A stretch of DNA of 64,000 bases from an uncultured Spirochaetota bacterium (GCA_963734495.1 CAVTHK010000007.1:399978-463977); one strand, 5' to 3'. Positions 29,423 through 43,261 are shown, counted from the first letter of the stretch. Notes: generated by a model from the sequence alone, not told the origin. A program made the numbers and translations.

Positions 29423-29462
29423 AAACGAAAAGCGCCCGCAGGTCGCGATGACCGGCGGGCGC
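29423..29462 (-). terminator. Rho-independent terminator downstream of fucI
   Basis: Stem GCGCCCGC/GCGGGCGC followed on the minus strand by TTTTCGTTT. Confidence 0.65.
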
Positions 29463-29488
29463 CGAAGCCCCGCGAACCGCGAGCCGCC

Positions 29489-31264
29489 CTACCCGTACAG
29501 CGGCCCAAACGCAGCGCACGCCCGGTAGTCCGCGCCCACCGGGTCCATCGCGCCGAACGCGGTCCAGGCGCTCGGCCGGAAGATCCGGTCGTCGGGCACG
29601 TTGTGCATGCAGACCGGGATGCGCAGCATCGAGGCCAGCGTGATCAGGTCGGCGCCGAAGTGGCCGTAGCCGAAGGCGCCGTGGTTGGCGCCCCAGTTGC
29701 CCATCACCGTGTAGACGTCGTTGAAGGGGGCGCTGCCGGTGAGGCGCGGCACGAACCACGTCGTCGGCCAGGTCGGGTCGGTGCGCTCGGTGAGCGCCTT
29801 GTCCGCGTCGGCGGGCAGAGCCGCCGTCACGCCCTCTGCGATCTGCAGCGCCGGACCGAGCCCCTTGATCAGGTTGATGCGCGCCATCGTCACGGGCATG
29901 CCGCCCTTGGTGTGGTACTCGGTCGAGAAGCCGCCGCCCCTGAAGTAGCCGAGCGACGCGGGGCAGAAGGTCGTGGCCGCGAGGCACTTCTTGACCTCGT
30001 CCTCCGTGATCTCCCAGAACGGCTTCATCACCGGCTTGCCGCCCCGGGTCTGCTCGCCGTTGCCGTCGAGGGCCGCCGAGCCTGAGTTGATGAGGTGGAG
30101 GAAGCCGCCGGCCGCGTCGCCCGTCGGCGCCTTTCCGGTCACGCGCTTGACGGCGTCCGGGCTCCAGTAGGTGCGCACGTCGGCGAACACCTGGGCGGTG
30201 TTGGTGAGCAGGTGCGACAGCAGCATCGCGATGCCGTTGAGGCAGTCGTTCTCGGTGGCGCAGATGAACGGCTCGCGGATGCCGTTCCAGTCGAACGAGC
30301 TGTTGAGCATCGTCTCGAGGAAGTCGCCGTTGGGGTAGAAGTCGGTCCACTGCCTCTGCCCCTGGAAGCCGCTCGCGATCGCGTTGTGGCCGTTGGCCTC
30401 CTCGCCGAAGCCGATGTCTTTCAGCTTCGGGTTGCCGATCATCAGGTCACGGGCGATGATCGCCATCTTGGTGACGAACTCCCAGTCGCGCGCCTTCTTC
30501 TCATCGCTGAGCTTTTGCGCGTTGTTGTCGCGGCCTGCCTTGCAGTTCTTCTTGACCCAGGCGAGCGCTTTCTCGTACTCGGCCTTGTCGTAGATCCCCT
30601 GCTCCATGCGCCGGATGAACTCGGTCGCGTCGATCATCTCGTAGCGCATGCCGAGGTGGCCTTCGAGAAAGGCCGGGTCTACGATCGAGCCTGCGATGCC
30701 CATCGAGACCCCGCCCATGGCCAGGTAGCTCTTGCCCCTCATGGCGGCGACCGCGAGGCCCGACCGCACGAACTGGAGGATCTTCGTCTTGACGTCGTCG
30801 GGGATCGTGGTGTCGTTGAGGTCCTGGACGTCGCGTCCGTAGATGCCGAAGGCCGGCAGCCCCTTCTGGTTGTGGCCCGCGAGCACCGCGGCGAGGTAAA
30901 CGGCGCCCGGCCGCTCCGTGCCGTTGAAGCCCCAGATCGCCTTGGGGATGAGCGGGTCCATGTCCATGGTCTCGGCCCCGTAGCACCAGCAGGGCGTCAC
31001 GGTCAGCGACACGCCCACGCCCTCGCGGGCGAACCTGGCCGCGCACCGCGCCGCCTCGGCCACGCCCCCGATGCAGCCGTCGGCGATCACGCACTCGACC
31101 TTCTCGCCGCTCGGGTGCCGCAGGCTCTCCGAGATCAGCTTCGCCGCGTTCTTCGCCATGTTCATCGTCACGTTCTCGAGGCTCTCGCGCACGCCGCGCT
31201 CGCGGCCGTCGATCGTCGGCCGGATCCCCACCTTCGGGAGCGAGCCTGCCAGCCTGTATGCCAT
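29489..31264 (-). CDS. fucI: L-fucose (D-arabinose) isomerase
   Basis: [68 protein letters not shown]. Confidence 0.97.
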   Translation of the reverse strand: MAYRLAGSLPKVGIRPTIDGRERGVRESLENVTMNMAKNAAKLISESLRHPSGEKVECVIADGCIGGVAEAARCAARFAREGVGVSLTVTPCWCYGAETMDMDPLIPKAIWGFNGTERPGAVYLAAVLAGHNQKGLPAFGIYGRDVQDLNDTTIPDDVKTKILQFVRSGLAVAAMRGKSYLAMGGVSMGIAGSIVDPAFLEGHLGMRYEMIDATEFIRRMEQGIYDKAEYEKALAWVKKNCKAGRDNNAQKLSDEKKARDWEFVTKMAIIARDLMIGNPKLKDIGFGEEANGHNAIASGFQGQRQWTDFYPNGDFLETMLNSSFDWNGIREPFICATENDCLNGIAMLLSHLLTNTAQVFADVRTYWSPDAVKRVTGKAPTGDAAGGFLHLINSGSAALDGNGEQTRGGKPVMKPFWEITEDEVKKCLAATTFCPASLGYFRGGGFSTEYHTKGGMPVTMARINLIKGLGPALQIAEGVTAALPADADKALTERTDPTWPTTWFVPRLTGSAPFNDVYTVMGNWGANHGAFGYGHFGADLITLASMLRIPVCMHNVPDDRIFRPSAWTAFGAMDPVGADYRACAAFGPLYG

Positions 31265-31472
31265 GGTGCCCTCCAGACGTCTGTTGATCGCCCGCCGTGC
31301 GGGCGGGCGGAACGGCATTCTACACGAGAAGGCACCGGGCGCCAGTTCGCCCTGCCCCGCGCCCGGGCGGGGCCCGGCCTCCGCGCCGTCACGGACTCGT
31401 CACGGCCGGCGCGTAGTCTGTCTGCGTGCGGCGGAGAACCGTCCGCTGCGCGGGAACGAGGGAGGTCGGCAT

Positions 31473-31908
31473 ATGGCTTTGCAGGAGTGCATCGAGTTCG
31501 CGAAGAAGTACCCGGTCGGGTTTCTGGGCACGGTCGACGGCAGCCGCGCCCGCGTGCGCGTGTTCATGCTGTGGCGGGCGGACGCGAGCGGCTTCTACTT
31601 CGAGACCTTCAGGAGCAAGCAGGTCTGCGACCAGATGCAGAAGAGCCCCGGGAGTCGAGGTCTGCTTCTTCAACAACGCGGGCGACATGATGCAGTGGAA
31701 GACGCTGCGCGTGGCCGGGAAGGTCGAGTTCCTCAACGACCAGGAGCTCAAGCGGCAGCTGCTCGAGGACTGGCCTTTCCTCAAGGGAGCAACCAGTGGG
31801 CCGGCAGACCCGAACTTCGTGCTTTTCCGCATCGGGCACGGCGAGGCCTACTTCTGGACCGCGGCGGACATGCTCAAGGAGCGCCAGGTCAGGCGGGAGA
31901 ACTTCTGA
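31473..31908 (+). CDS. Pyridoxamine 5'-phosphate oxidase-like FMN-binding protein; frameshift near 31650
   Basis: FLGTVDG..RVR, FYFET..KQV..Q, VEVCF, LRVAGKVEF. Confidence 0.8.
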
Positions 31909-32041
31909 GGCGGCCGGCGGCACGAGGCGATACATGACCATCTTCAGAGATTCGCTGCCGTCCCCGGGTGCCACTTCGAACCGCCGCACCGGGCCGTTGG
32001 AGGACGACCGCCCGTCGTTTCGTCGGCAGGTGCGCCCGCGC

Positions 32042-35000
32042 TCACCGGCGCCACGGCTTGCGGCCGTTGCGGACAGCGGCCCGGCGCACAGGGGCGGCCG
32101 GCCCGGCGGAGACCGGGCCGCGCCCACCGCGACCGCCAATGCGGTCAGAACCCGCCGCGTCGGCAACCAGCGCTCCGGCCTCATCGAGGTCGGCGCAGTC
32201 CGTCTCGGCGGGGAACCGATCCAGGACCGGCCGGATGAGTCGGACGGCATCCTCTCCCCTCCGACCGGCGACGAGCAGCCTCCCGAGCGAAAGCGCCGCC
32301 CGTAACTCGAACGACAGGGCCCCTTGCCTGCGCGCGACCGCCAGCGAACGCGCATAGGCCCGCGCAGCCTCTGTCTTGCGGCTGAGCGCTTTGAGCAGGT
32401 CCCCGCGTACCCGCAGGGATTCCGCGTCCCAGACCCGCTCGCCGGAGCGAGCCGACTGCGCGAGCCCCCGCCCGATCGCCTCGAGGCCGGCCTTCGACTC
32501 GCCGGCGCGGCCCATGGCTTCGCCGAGCGAGCAGAGGAGCCGCGGGAGGAACAGCCCGTTCCCGGCCGCACCCCACTCCTCCGTCGTGCGTCGCAGATCC
32601 TCGATCGCTGGCCGGGGTCCCGCCGAACGCCGTGCGCCCAGCAGCGCCCCGAGGTTGGCCGAGATCAGCGCGTAGAGGGGAAACCGACCGCTCGCCAGCG
32701 CCGCGACTTCGGCGGCGCACCCGGCGGCAGCGTCGTCATCGCCCAGGAGCATCCGTAGCCAGCCTGCGAAATAGAGAGTCATGGCCAGATTGAACGGGTG
32801 CCCGGCGGCGCGGGCGCGCGACACCGCGAGGTCGCCCATCCGCCGCGCGGTTTCGTGGCGACCGGCCAACCACGCCCCGATCCCGCCCATTATGCCCGCT
32901 CCGGCAAAGGCGTCGTTGCCGAACTCGCGGATCTGCTCCAGGGATCGCTCGGTGTCATACACGTCCAGCGCCGCCTCCGCCTCGGCGACAGCCTGGGCCG
33001 GTGCGCCGCTCTCGAGCAGGGCCTCGCACAGCATGAACGACGCCCGGGCCCGCTCGCAGGCGCTTCTGGCGTGCTCGACCAGCTCGTGGCTCAAGGCGAG
33101 CGCCCGCCGTGTCTCGCCGCGCACGAGAGCGTGCCGGCGCAGCCCGAGCAACGCGTGGAAGAGCCGCTTCCGGTCGCCCAGCTTCCTGCACAGGCGCTCG
33201 GCACACGCGTAGTGCTCGCCCACGTCCGCACTCGCGTGGCCGTGCAGCTGCACGAGCGGCACGCCGAGCGTCACCAGAAGCTCCAGCTCCCGGGAATCGC
33301 GGCTGTCGCCTTCGGGCAGGCGGGGGAGCAGCGCAAGCGCACGGGAGAGGTGGCCAACGGCCTCGGCGTTGGCGGACGAGGCCGCAGCCTTGCGGCCGGC
33401 TTCGAGGAGGTATCCTGTCGCCCTGCCCACGTCGCCCGCCTGCGCCCAGTGATGAGCCAGGATCTCGCAGGCATCCGTACGGTTCTCGGCGTCGATCGCC
33501 TCGATGGCCCGCGCCACTTCGCCGTGGAGCGCCGCCCTCCGGCTTTCGGGGATCCCCGCGTAGACCGTCTCGCGCGTGAGTACGTGCCTGAAGGCGTACT
33601 CCGTCTCCGGAAGAGAGCGCGCAGGATAGACCAGCGCGCGGTCCTCGAGATCCCGCAGGATCGACTCGTGGCGAGCGCTCGGCCCGAGCAGCCGAGCGAG
33701 CAGTCTCACGGGAAACACGCTTCCGATCACGGACGCCGTCTCGAGGACACCGCGGGAGGATTCGTCCATGCGATCGACGCGACCGAGGATGACGCCGCGG
33801 ACGCTGTCGGGTATCGGCGCTTCGTCTGCGGCCTCGCGGGCCTTCCAGGAGCGGCCGTCGTGACGCAGGATCCCGCCGTCGACGAGCGACCGCAGCGTCT
33901 CCTCGAGGAAGAAAGGGTTCCCCTGCGCGCGGCCGAGCACGAGCTCCTCGACGAGAGGCGGGAGCTCGCAGCCGGCAAGCAGCGAAACGGCGAGCCGCCG
34001 GCTCTCTTCGAGCGGCAGATCCGCGAGCCTGAGCTCGCGGTGGCGCTGCGGGCACGCCCTCGACGCGATCGTAGCCAGGTGGCGGCAGGGGTGGTCCTGC
34101 TCCGGCCTGTAGACGCAGATCAGCAGCCAGGCGGAACTCGCCAGCGACTCCATGAGGAACGAAGCGAGCCCGATCGAAAGGCTGTCCGCCCAGTGCAGGT
34201 CCTCGAGGACCATCACGATCGGCGTCGTCCTGGACAGCGCAGTGTAGAAATCGCGCAGGGCCAGGAAGGTCGTCTCTCTACGGCTCTCGGGATCGTCCGC
34301 GACCGCCCGTCCGGCGTGCGCAGGCGGACCGCCTTCGCCCTTCCGCCGGAAGAGAGAGGCGAGCTGCGGCCCGAGCTCCGCAGCACGCGAGGCCGCAAGC
34401 GCGCCCGCGACGACGAGGCTCCGCAGCACGCGGTTGACCGCTTCAAGGCTCACGCCCTCACGGCCTGCGAATTGCGCCCGCATCATGTCCAGGAACGGCC
34501 CGTAGGCAGTCGATTGGGCGACATCGAGGCAGCGTCCCTCGAGCCAGAGATGTCTCGCCCCGCCCTCCCTGGCCCCGGAGCGCAGCTCGTGGACGAGGCG
34601 CGACTTTCCGACTCCCGCCTCACCGACTATGCAGGCCACGGCGCCCTTGCCGGCCGCGGCGCCCACGAGCAGGGCTTGGAGCGCAGCCAGCTCGGGGTCT
34701 CGGCCGATCATCGGTGAGCGCAGCCCCTCGACTCCCCGCGTCTTCGTCGACACCCGAAGCGCACTCCGCACCGCGAACACACCGGTGCCGCGCCCACCGC
34801 CGCTGCGCGACGACGTCGGGAGGTACGAGAAGGACCCGCGCGTGAGGCGAAACGTCGATTCGGCCACCAGTATCTGCCCCGGTTGGGCGAGAGCGGCGAG
34901 CCGGCTGGACGCGATCGCGGCAGGGCCGCCGAGATCCGCGCTCACTTCGCCTGTCTGCACACCCGTGCGCGCGGCTACGCCGACCCGCTCGAGCTCCCTG

Positions 35001-36038
35001 CGCATCTCGATTGCACACCTCACGGCCACCTCAGGGTCGGACTCGCGAGCGCCGCGGGCACCGAAAACCACGAGCAGCCACTCCTCCACAGCCTGCGCCG
35101 TGCCGCCGAGAGCCTCGGCCACGGGCTGCGCGAGCGCGACGAGGGGGGCGGCGCCGGGCGGCAGGACAGCGCGCACCGCAACGGCCGTCCCCAGCCGAGG
35201 ACCGGGCGCGCCCTGCCTCGCATCCGGCGCCGGCGCCCCGCGCGGCGTTTGCACGGACGCATCGGCGGCGACCTCCGGCGACCGGCCGGCCAGAATCGCG
35301 TCTCGGACCGCGGCCGTCGAAGCTGCCGGCTCAGCGCCAAGCTCCTCGCGCATCAGGCGCGCGCATTCCTCGTACTGCCGCAGCGCCTCTGCCCTGCGGC
35401 CGGCGGCCGCGAGAAGAGCCATGAGCAGCTCGTGGGCCCGCTCGTTGAGCGTGTCCAGGAGCAGCCACCGCTGCGACACACGGACCGCGGCCTCCAGCTG
35501 GCGCCGCGCCGCGTACGCGCGGGCGAGCCGCTCGAGCGCCAAGGCGAGCTCGCCCCGCAGCTTCTCCCCTTCGAAGAACTGCCAGTCGTCGAAGCTCAAG
35601 CTGTCGGGGAGCGTGAACCCCCTGAGAAAGTCGTCCTCGTAGAGCGTGACTGCCTCCGCGAGCCGGGACAGGCACCTGTCGCAGCACCCGCCGCGGCGCA
35701 TGGCCATGGCTTGACGCCTCCGCGACCAGGGCACGGAACCGCATGACGTCGACGCTCAGGGCGGGGTCGTCGCGCAGCGCCACGACGTCGCGCCGCGTCT
35801 CCAACCAGAACGCGAGAGGAGTCTTGTTGACCGCGTAGAGAGTCCTGCGCAGTACCGCGCGGCCGCGGGCCTGATCGAATTCCGGCCACAGCAGTGCAAC
35901 CAGAGAATCACGGCCGCAGGGGCGGCGCGTGACTGCGAGGTAGGCAAGGAGAGCCACGGCTTTCCTCGTTTCGAGGGCGACAGGCACTCCGTCGAGCTCG
36001 ATCCGAGGCGGTCCGAGGAGGCGCAGCGCAAGACGCAC
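32042..36038 (-). CDS. SARP (wHTH+BTAD) - degenerate guanylate/adenylate cyclase - AAA/STAND ATPase - TPR regulator; frameshift near 35700
   Basis: LLGPPRI..RKAVALLAYL..RDSLVALLWP; BTAD FDDWQ..LNERAH..LM; GEAGVGKSRL; VLEDLHWAD; GNPFFLEE; ELRAALSLGRL. Confidence 0.9.
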
Positions 36039-36057
36039 AGGAAATCCCTTCCGGGTG

Positions 36058-36091
36058 TCGTCACGCTCTCGTCACGCGGCGAGGGTACACT
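36058..36091 (+). promoter_or_regulatory. SARP-type direct repeat (TCGTCACGC x2, 11-bp period) 8 bp upstream of -10 TACACT
   Basis: Repeats at 36058-36066 and 36069-36077; TACACT at 36086-36091. Confidence 0.65.
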
Positions 36092-36139
36092 TCTCCCTGA
36101 TGATCGCATGACACGTACCCGTCCGCAAGGAGGGACAGC

Positions 36140-36982
36140 ATGGAGAGCCACCGGTTCGGCGTCGGCTCTATGGATTGCCTGCTCGTCCTCGACGGCACGC
36201 ACGACTACGCGAAGCCGGGGGAGAGCTTCTTCTGCAACGCGCCGCGGGACGAGCTGCGGGCGTACCTCAAGGGCCGCGGCCAGGACCCCGACAACTGGCC
36301 GGTCTATGTGAGCCCCTACCCGGCGCTGGTGGTCTTTGCGGGGAACGAGAAGGTGCTGATCGACACCGGGGCGGGCTCCTTTGACAAGACCACGGGCCAC
36401 CTCCTGCCGCGCCTCCGCGCGGCAGGTGTGGAGCCGGACCGCATCGACACGGTCGTCATCACCCACGGGCACGTCGACCACCTCGGCGGCTGCCTGGACG
36501 CGGCCGACGCACCGGCGTTCCCGAACGCGCGTTACCTGATCGACCGCCGCGAGTGGGAGTTCTGGACGACGACAGCCTGTGAGGGCAGATCGTCGGCCAA
36601 GCTCATCGAGCTCGCTCGCAAGCAGCTCCTGCCGCTGGCCGACCGCTTCGTGTTGAGCGACGGCGAAACCGAAGTGGCGCCGGGAGTGCGTCTCCTGCCG
36701 GCGTATGGCCACACCCCGGGGCATCTCTGCGTGGAGGTCGCCTCCGACGGGCAGCGACTGGTCTACATCTCCGATCTCGCGCTTCTCCCGCACCACCTGG
36801 AGAAACCCCAGTGGTTTTACCCCGCTGAAGTCGATCAGGCCATGTGCCTGGAGACGCGGCTGCGCCTCTACAGGTGGATGGCCGATCAGCACGCGCTGGT
36901 CCAGGCGTTCCACTTCGACTTTCCGGGGCTCGGCTACATCGTGCCGTCCGGAAACGCCTGGAGATGGGAGCCGGCGGCCTGA
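36140..36982 (+). CDS. MBL-fold metallo-hydrolase (lactonase/YtnP-AidC-like)
   Basis: LIDTGAG, THGHVDHLGG, FPNARY, GHTPGH, HFDFPGLG. Confidence 0.9.
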   Translation: MESHRFGVGSMDCLLVLDGTHDYAKPGESFFCNAPRDELRAYLKGRGQDPDNWPVYVSPYPALVVFAGNEKVLIDTGAGSFDKTTGHLLPRLRAAGVEPDRIDTVVITHGHVDHLGGCLDAADAPAFPNARYLIDRREWEFWTTTACEGRSSAKLIELARKQLLPLADRFVLSDGETEVAPGVRLLPAYGHTPGHLCVEVASDGQRLVYISDLALLPHHLEKPQWFYPAEVDQAMCLETRLRLYRWMADQHALVQAFHFDFPGLGYIVPSGNAWRWEPAA

Positions 36983-37011
36983 TCGGCTCGGGCGCCGGGT
37001 GGCCCCGGCTG

Positions 37012-37798
37012 TCAGAACGCCTCGTGCGCCACGACCACCGGCCGGCCGGTGACGGGATGCGGAAACTCCAGGCCGCACGCATGCAGGTAGAGCCGCGCGG
37101 CGGCCGGCTGATCCGCCGGCCCGTAGAGGGCGTCGCCGACGATCGGCAGCCCCACCGCATGCGAGGTGGACGCGCACCTGGTGGCGGAAGCCGGTATCGA
37201 GCTCGACCAGAACTTTGAAGAAGGCGCCCGCGGCGGATTCTCCCGGCACGCCGCGGTCCCGCTCCAGCGCGAGCAGCCGCGTGCGGTAGAGCCTCCCGCC
37301 CGCGGCCGCGCCCGCCGCGACGGCGGCCACGCGCCGGCGCCCCGGGCCCCAGGCGCGGAACGCCGATGCGACCTCCAGCGGCAGCGGGGGGAGCGCGTCG
37401 CCCCCCGATTCCGCGAGCCGCGGACCCAGCGGGGCGAGGAGGGCGCGCGTGCCCTCCGGCGGGCGATCGTGCGGCGAGACGAGCGCGCGGTAGCGCTTGA
37501 GGAAGCGCCCGTCGCGGGCGGCGGTCCGCAGGCCCTCCCACGCCGCCGCCGTTCGCGCCACCAGGACCAGGCCCGAGGTGTCGCGGTCGAGCCTGTGCAG
37601 CAGCCCGGGCTCCACCGGCTTGAGGCCGGGCACGGCCGCGATCTCCGGGTAGCGCTCGAGGACCCACGCGAGCAGCGTGCCGCTCTCGCCCGGCCGGAGA
37701 GGAGCCGTGTCCAAGCCCGCGGGCTTGGCTGCGACGACAAACGCTGGATCTTCGAGGACGACGACCGGCTCGGCGCCGGCGATCCGATTACGCTCCAC
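37012..37798 (-). CDS. RluA-family pseudouridine synthase; frameshift near 37160
   Basis: KPAGL, LLHRLDRDTSGL, TGFRHQVRVHLA, PIVGDALYG, LYLHA..L.FPHP. Confidence 0.9.
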
Positions 37799-37913
37799 GG
37801 CGGGCAGCATAGGCCGCGAACCGCGCGCCATCAAGCGCAGCGTTGTCAAAACGCGGCGAATCCGTTAGCCTCATCGCGGCGCAGGCGCGGGAAACGAAAG
37901 GACGGGAGGACCC

Positions 37914-38681
37914 ATGGAAGAATTCGTGCTCGGAGTCAACATGTACTCCGCTCGGACGCTCACCCAGAAGCTGGCCGATCTCAAGGCCGCGCTCAAGCGG
38001 GTGGCGGCGATCGGATACAAGGCGATCCAGGTGTCAGGGTTCGGTCCGATCGACCCCAAGGACGTGGCCGCGCTGGTCGAGGACAACGGCCTCACCGTGG
38101 CCGCGACGCACGTGGCCTGGTCTCGATTCCTGAACGACCGCGACGCCGTGATCGGCGAGCACAAGCTGTGGAAGTGCGAGCACCCCGCCATCGGGTCCCT
38201 GCCCAAGGAATACAACAACCTCGAAGGCCTCAAGCGCTTCGTCGGCGAGCTCCCGGCGGTCCTCGACGACCTCGAAAAGGAAGGACTGGACTTCTCGTAC
38301 CACAATCACAGCCACGAGCTGGCGCGTTGGGACGGAAGGTCCTGGCTGCAGCGGCTGCTCGAGGATGCCGATTCCCGCCTCAAGTGGGAGATCGACATCT
38401 ACTGGATCCAGCACGGCGGGGCCGACCCGGCCGTCTGGCTGCGCAAGCTGTCAGGCCGCATGCCCCTTCTTCACCTCAAGGACATGGCGGTCACGCCTGA
38501 GCGCGAGCAGCGTTTTGCCGCCATCGGCGAAGGCAACATGAACATCGACGCAGTGCTCCGCGAGGCGCGCGCCGCGGGCGTGCGCTGGTACCTCATCGAG
38601 CAGGACCAGAGCTACGGCCGCGACCCCATCGACGAGATGGCGGTCAGCTACCGCGCCTGCCGCGCCATGGGTCTCAAGTAA
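37914..38681 (+). CDS. Sugar phosphate isomerase/epimerase (xylose-isomerase-like TIM barrel)
   Basis: YHNHSHE, EIDIYW..GGADP, LHLKD, IGEGN, IEQD. Confidence 0.9.
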   Translation: MEEFVLGVNMYSARTLTQKLADLKAALKRVAAIGYKAIQVSGFGPIDPKDVAALVEDNGLTVAATHVAWSRFLNDRDAVIGEHKLWKCEHPAIGSLPKEYNNLEGLKRFVGELPAVLDDLEKEGLDFSYHNHSHELARWDGRSWLQRLLEDADSRLKWEIDIYWIQHGGADPAVWLRKLSGRMPLLHLKDMAVTPEREQRFAAIGEGNMNIDAVLREARAAGVRWYLIEQDQSYGRDPIDEMAVSYRACRAMGLK

Positions 38682-38694
38682 GGCTCGAGGGCGC

Positions 38695-39948
38695 ATGGGC
38701 CGTTTCCGCGAGGAACGCATCGTCATCGCGCTCCTGGCGTCCGCGGCCGTCGTGCTGTCGGTGCTCGCCGTGCTGCTGATCCGCGGCGCCCGCACCCGCG
38801 AGACACTTCTGCTCGAGTACCAGGCCGAGCGCGCGGCGGGGAGCCTGCTGGACGCCTACCGGAACGGCAGCCTCGACTCCGAGCGGGGCGACGGCGGCGT
38901 CCGCGGGTTCGGCCTCTACGGCGTCGACGGTGAGGCTGTCGTGCGCCAGGGCACCGCTCCCCAGCGGCTTTCGCCGGAGGACGCGCTGGCCCGCCGCGAC
39001 CGCTTTGTCCACGATCCGGCCCATCGCACCGTGACCCTCCTGCGGCCGATCGGGCCGGCGTCGATGCGGTCCATGATGGGGATGCAGGGACGGCGCGCAC
39101 CCGGGTTCGGGCAGCCGCCGGGGGCGGGGCGGCAGGGAGCCGGCGGGCCCGCGTTCCTGTTCGTCGAGCTCGGGACAGACGAGTACTGGCGGGTCGAGAA
39201 CCGTTTCCGCGCCGCCTCGTTCCTGACGCCCGTCGCGATTGCCGCGATCGCCGCCCTGGCCGGCTACCTCTACTGGAAGAATGCCGGCTACCGCAGGCGC
39301 ATGGCCGCCCAGGACGAGCTCGCGCGGCTCGGCGAGGTCGCGCGGACCCTGGCCCACGAGATCAAGAACCCGCTGGGCGCGATCCGCCTGCAGACCGGCA
39401 TCCTCAAGCGCACGGTCGCGTGGAGAGGGATTGCGGGAGATCACGCTGATCGAGGAGGAGGTGACGCGCCTCGCGCTCCTCTCTGACCGCATCGCGACGT
39501 TCCTGCGCGATCCGCGCGGCGACCCGAGGCCCATCGACATCGAGCCGTTCGTCACGAGCCTCCTCGCGCGTTTCGGCGACACGGTCCATTTCCGCGCCGA
39601 CCCGGCCGCGGCGGGCGCTCAGATCTCCTTCGACCCCGACCGGCTCCGCTCGGTGCTCGAGAACCTCGTGTCGAACGCGCTCGAGAGCGGAGCGAGCGAG
39701 CCGCCCGAGGTGGCGGTGACGGCGGACCCCGGCCGCGTGGAGGTCGCCGTGCTCGACCGCGGCGCGGGCATTGCGCCCGAAGACAGCGACCGCGTGTTCG
39801 ACCCCTTCTTCACGCGCAAGATCAAGGGCTCAGGCGTGGGCCTCGCGATCGCCCGGCGTTTCGCCGACGCCGCCGGAGCGGAGCTCCGCCTCGAGTCGCG
39901 GGCCGGCGGAGGAACCTCCGCCCGGCTGCTCGCGCGGAGGGTGCCGGC

Positions 39949-39952
<4 letters not shown>
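38695..39952 (+). CDS. Sensor histidine kinase; frameshift near 39425
   Basis: Two TM segments, LAHEIKNPL, NLVSNA, DRGAG, FDPFFT, GSGVGL. Confidence 0.9.
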
Positions 39953-41271
<1,319 letters not shown>

Positions 41272-41327
41272 AGGGCGCCGCCTCGCCGCGTTCGTCGGAC
41301 GTCGCGGGCCGCGCTATATTCGTAGCG

Positions 41328-41751
41328 ATGGCTCGCGTTCTTGTGGTCGATGACGATGACGCGACGCGCCTTTCGCTGCGCCGGGCGCTCGAGCAGGCGG
41401 GTCACGAAGTCTCCGAGGCGCGGGACGGCGCTGCGGCGCTCACGCTCGCTCAGGCCGTGCGACATCGTCGTCATGGATATCGTCATGCCGGTCAAGGGCG
41501 GCCTCGAGACGCTCATCGAGCTGCGAGGCGGACGCCCCCGGATCGGGGTGATCCTGATGAGCGGCACCGCCCAGACCGCGGCCGGGCCCTTTCAGCACCT
41601 GGCCGAGCGGCTCGGCGTCGAGCACGTCTTTGCCAAGCCCGTTCCTCTCGACCGCCTCCTCGCCGCGGTGGCGGAGCTCACGTCGCACCTGAGCCGGACC
41701 CTATGGGGCGCCCCCCGCGCGGCGAGCCTGCGCTCGAACTCCCTGCGGTAG
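41328..41751 (+). CDS. Single-domain response regulator; frameshift near 41455, true stop possibly near 41690
   Basis: MARVLVVDDD, DIVVMDIVMPVKGG, MSG, KP. Confidence 0.85.
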
Positions 41752-43215
41752 CCGGCGATGCCGGGAAGCTCGCGTGGAGGCACCGGTGCGAGCTCGATCT
41801 CGAAGAGATCCTTGACCTCCGCGGGGTCGAGCTTCTCCATGGCCAGCTTTCCCGTGATCGCGGCGCCGAAGGCGGTGGCCTCCTTCATGCTCGTGAGAGA
41901 CACGCGCGAGCGGGGCGCGAGAGCGGCGAGCAGGGCGTTGTAGGCCTCGTTCCGGCGGAAGCCGCCCTCGACGTAGAGCGTCTCGCCCGCCCGCATGCCC
42001 GCCCTGCGCAGCGCCACTTCGGTCTGGAACGCGAGCGACAGGTTGAGGACGGGCACGGCCGTGGCCGGGTCGCGGAAGAACGCGGGGACGGTCTCACCCT
42101 TCGCCACGGCCTCGAACGGCGTCACCTTGTCCCCCTCCACGATGCGGGCGCGGGAGCCCGTGAACTGCCCGGTCCCCGGGAATATCTCGGGCAGGATGAA
42201 CAGCCGGCGCTCGCGCAGGATCCGGCCATAGACCTCGGCGTCGAAGGCCGAGCTGCCCTCGCTGCCCGCGGCCTTGCGGAAGAGCGCCATGTACGTGTCG
42301 TACTCGAGCCCTCCGACGAAGATCGCGGTCTTGACCGGCCTCGAGAACGCGTCGAGGTTGTAGAAGACGACCTTGCCGATGTCCTCCTCCTCGAACCGCA
42401 CCTCACGCGAAGGCTTCATGATCACGCACCAGGTCCCGGTCGAGTTGAGAACGAAGTCTTCCTGCGCCTTGATGAGGTACGGGAGGAGCGAAGCGTTGGA
42501 ATCGTGGATGCCCATCGTCACGATCGTCGACGGGTCCAGCCCCGTGCGCCGCGCGACCTCGGGTGTCACGGTGCCCAGCACGTCCCAGGAGCGCCCGACC
42601 TGCGCGGGGAGCTTGTCGATGATGCCGAGGTCCCGGGCGACGCTCGACCAGCGGCCGGCCGCGAAGTCCCAGAGGTACGAATGGCAGCCCACGTAGGTCG
42701 CCTCGGCCCCGACGCGTCCCGTGAGCAGGAACCCGAAATACTGCGGGTAGTTGAGGATGTGACGCACCCGCGGCGAAGTCCTGCGGGAAGCGGGTCTTCA
42801 GAAAGTAGACCCCCTTGGCCACGTTGAGCAGCGAGCTGAAACGGGGAGTCGCCGTGACGCGCTGCAGGGCGTCGCTCGCGCCGAACGCGCGGTAGAACTC
42901 CTCGTTGAACTCCTCGCCCGGGTCGGTCGTGTAGGAGATGACTCCCGGCACGGCCTTCCCGCCGGCGTCGACGGCGGCGAACGTGGCCCCGTGAGTGCAG
43001 ACCGACACGACGCCGATCGGGTGCCTGCGCGCGTGCGCCGCCAGCTGCTCGAAGAACCAGGCGTCGATCGCGTCGATGTCGTCCAGATCCACCCCATCGC
43101 GGCGCACGAGCGGGAACTCCGCGTAGACCGACTCGAGAAGGTTGAGCCGCGAATCGAACACCAGCAGCTTCTTGTTGGTCTTGCCCACGTCGAAGACAGC
43201 TATGCAGTATTCCAT
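41592..43215 (-). CDS. FGGY-family carbohydrate kinase (rhamnulo/fuculokinase-like); frameshift near 42765, true stop possibly near 41701
   Basis: AVFDVGKTNKK, THGAT, GIHDSNASL, STGTW, EGGF. Confidence 0.85.
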
Positions 43216-43261
43216 ATCGCCCCCTCACCCCGCGGGCATTCGCGCCGCCGCCGCCGCGGCG

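Noticed and set aside
41592-41751. Long convergent overlap of the response regulator and kinase
   Set aside because: Both tails look non-homologous and alternative stops lie near 41690-41703; likely indels.
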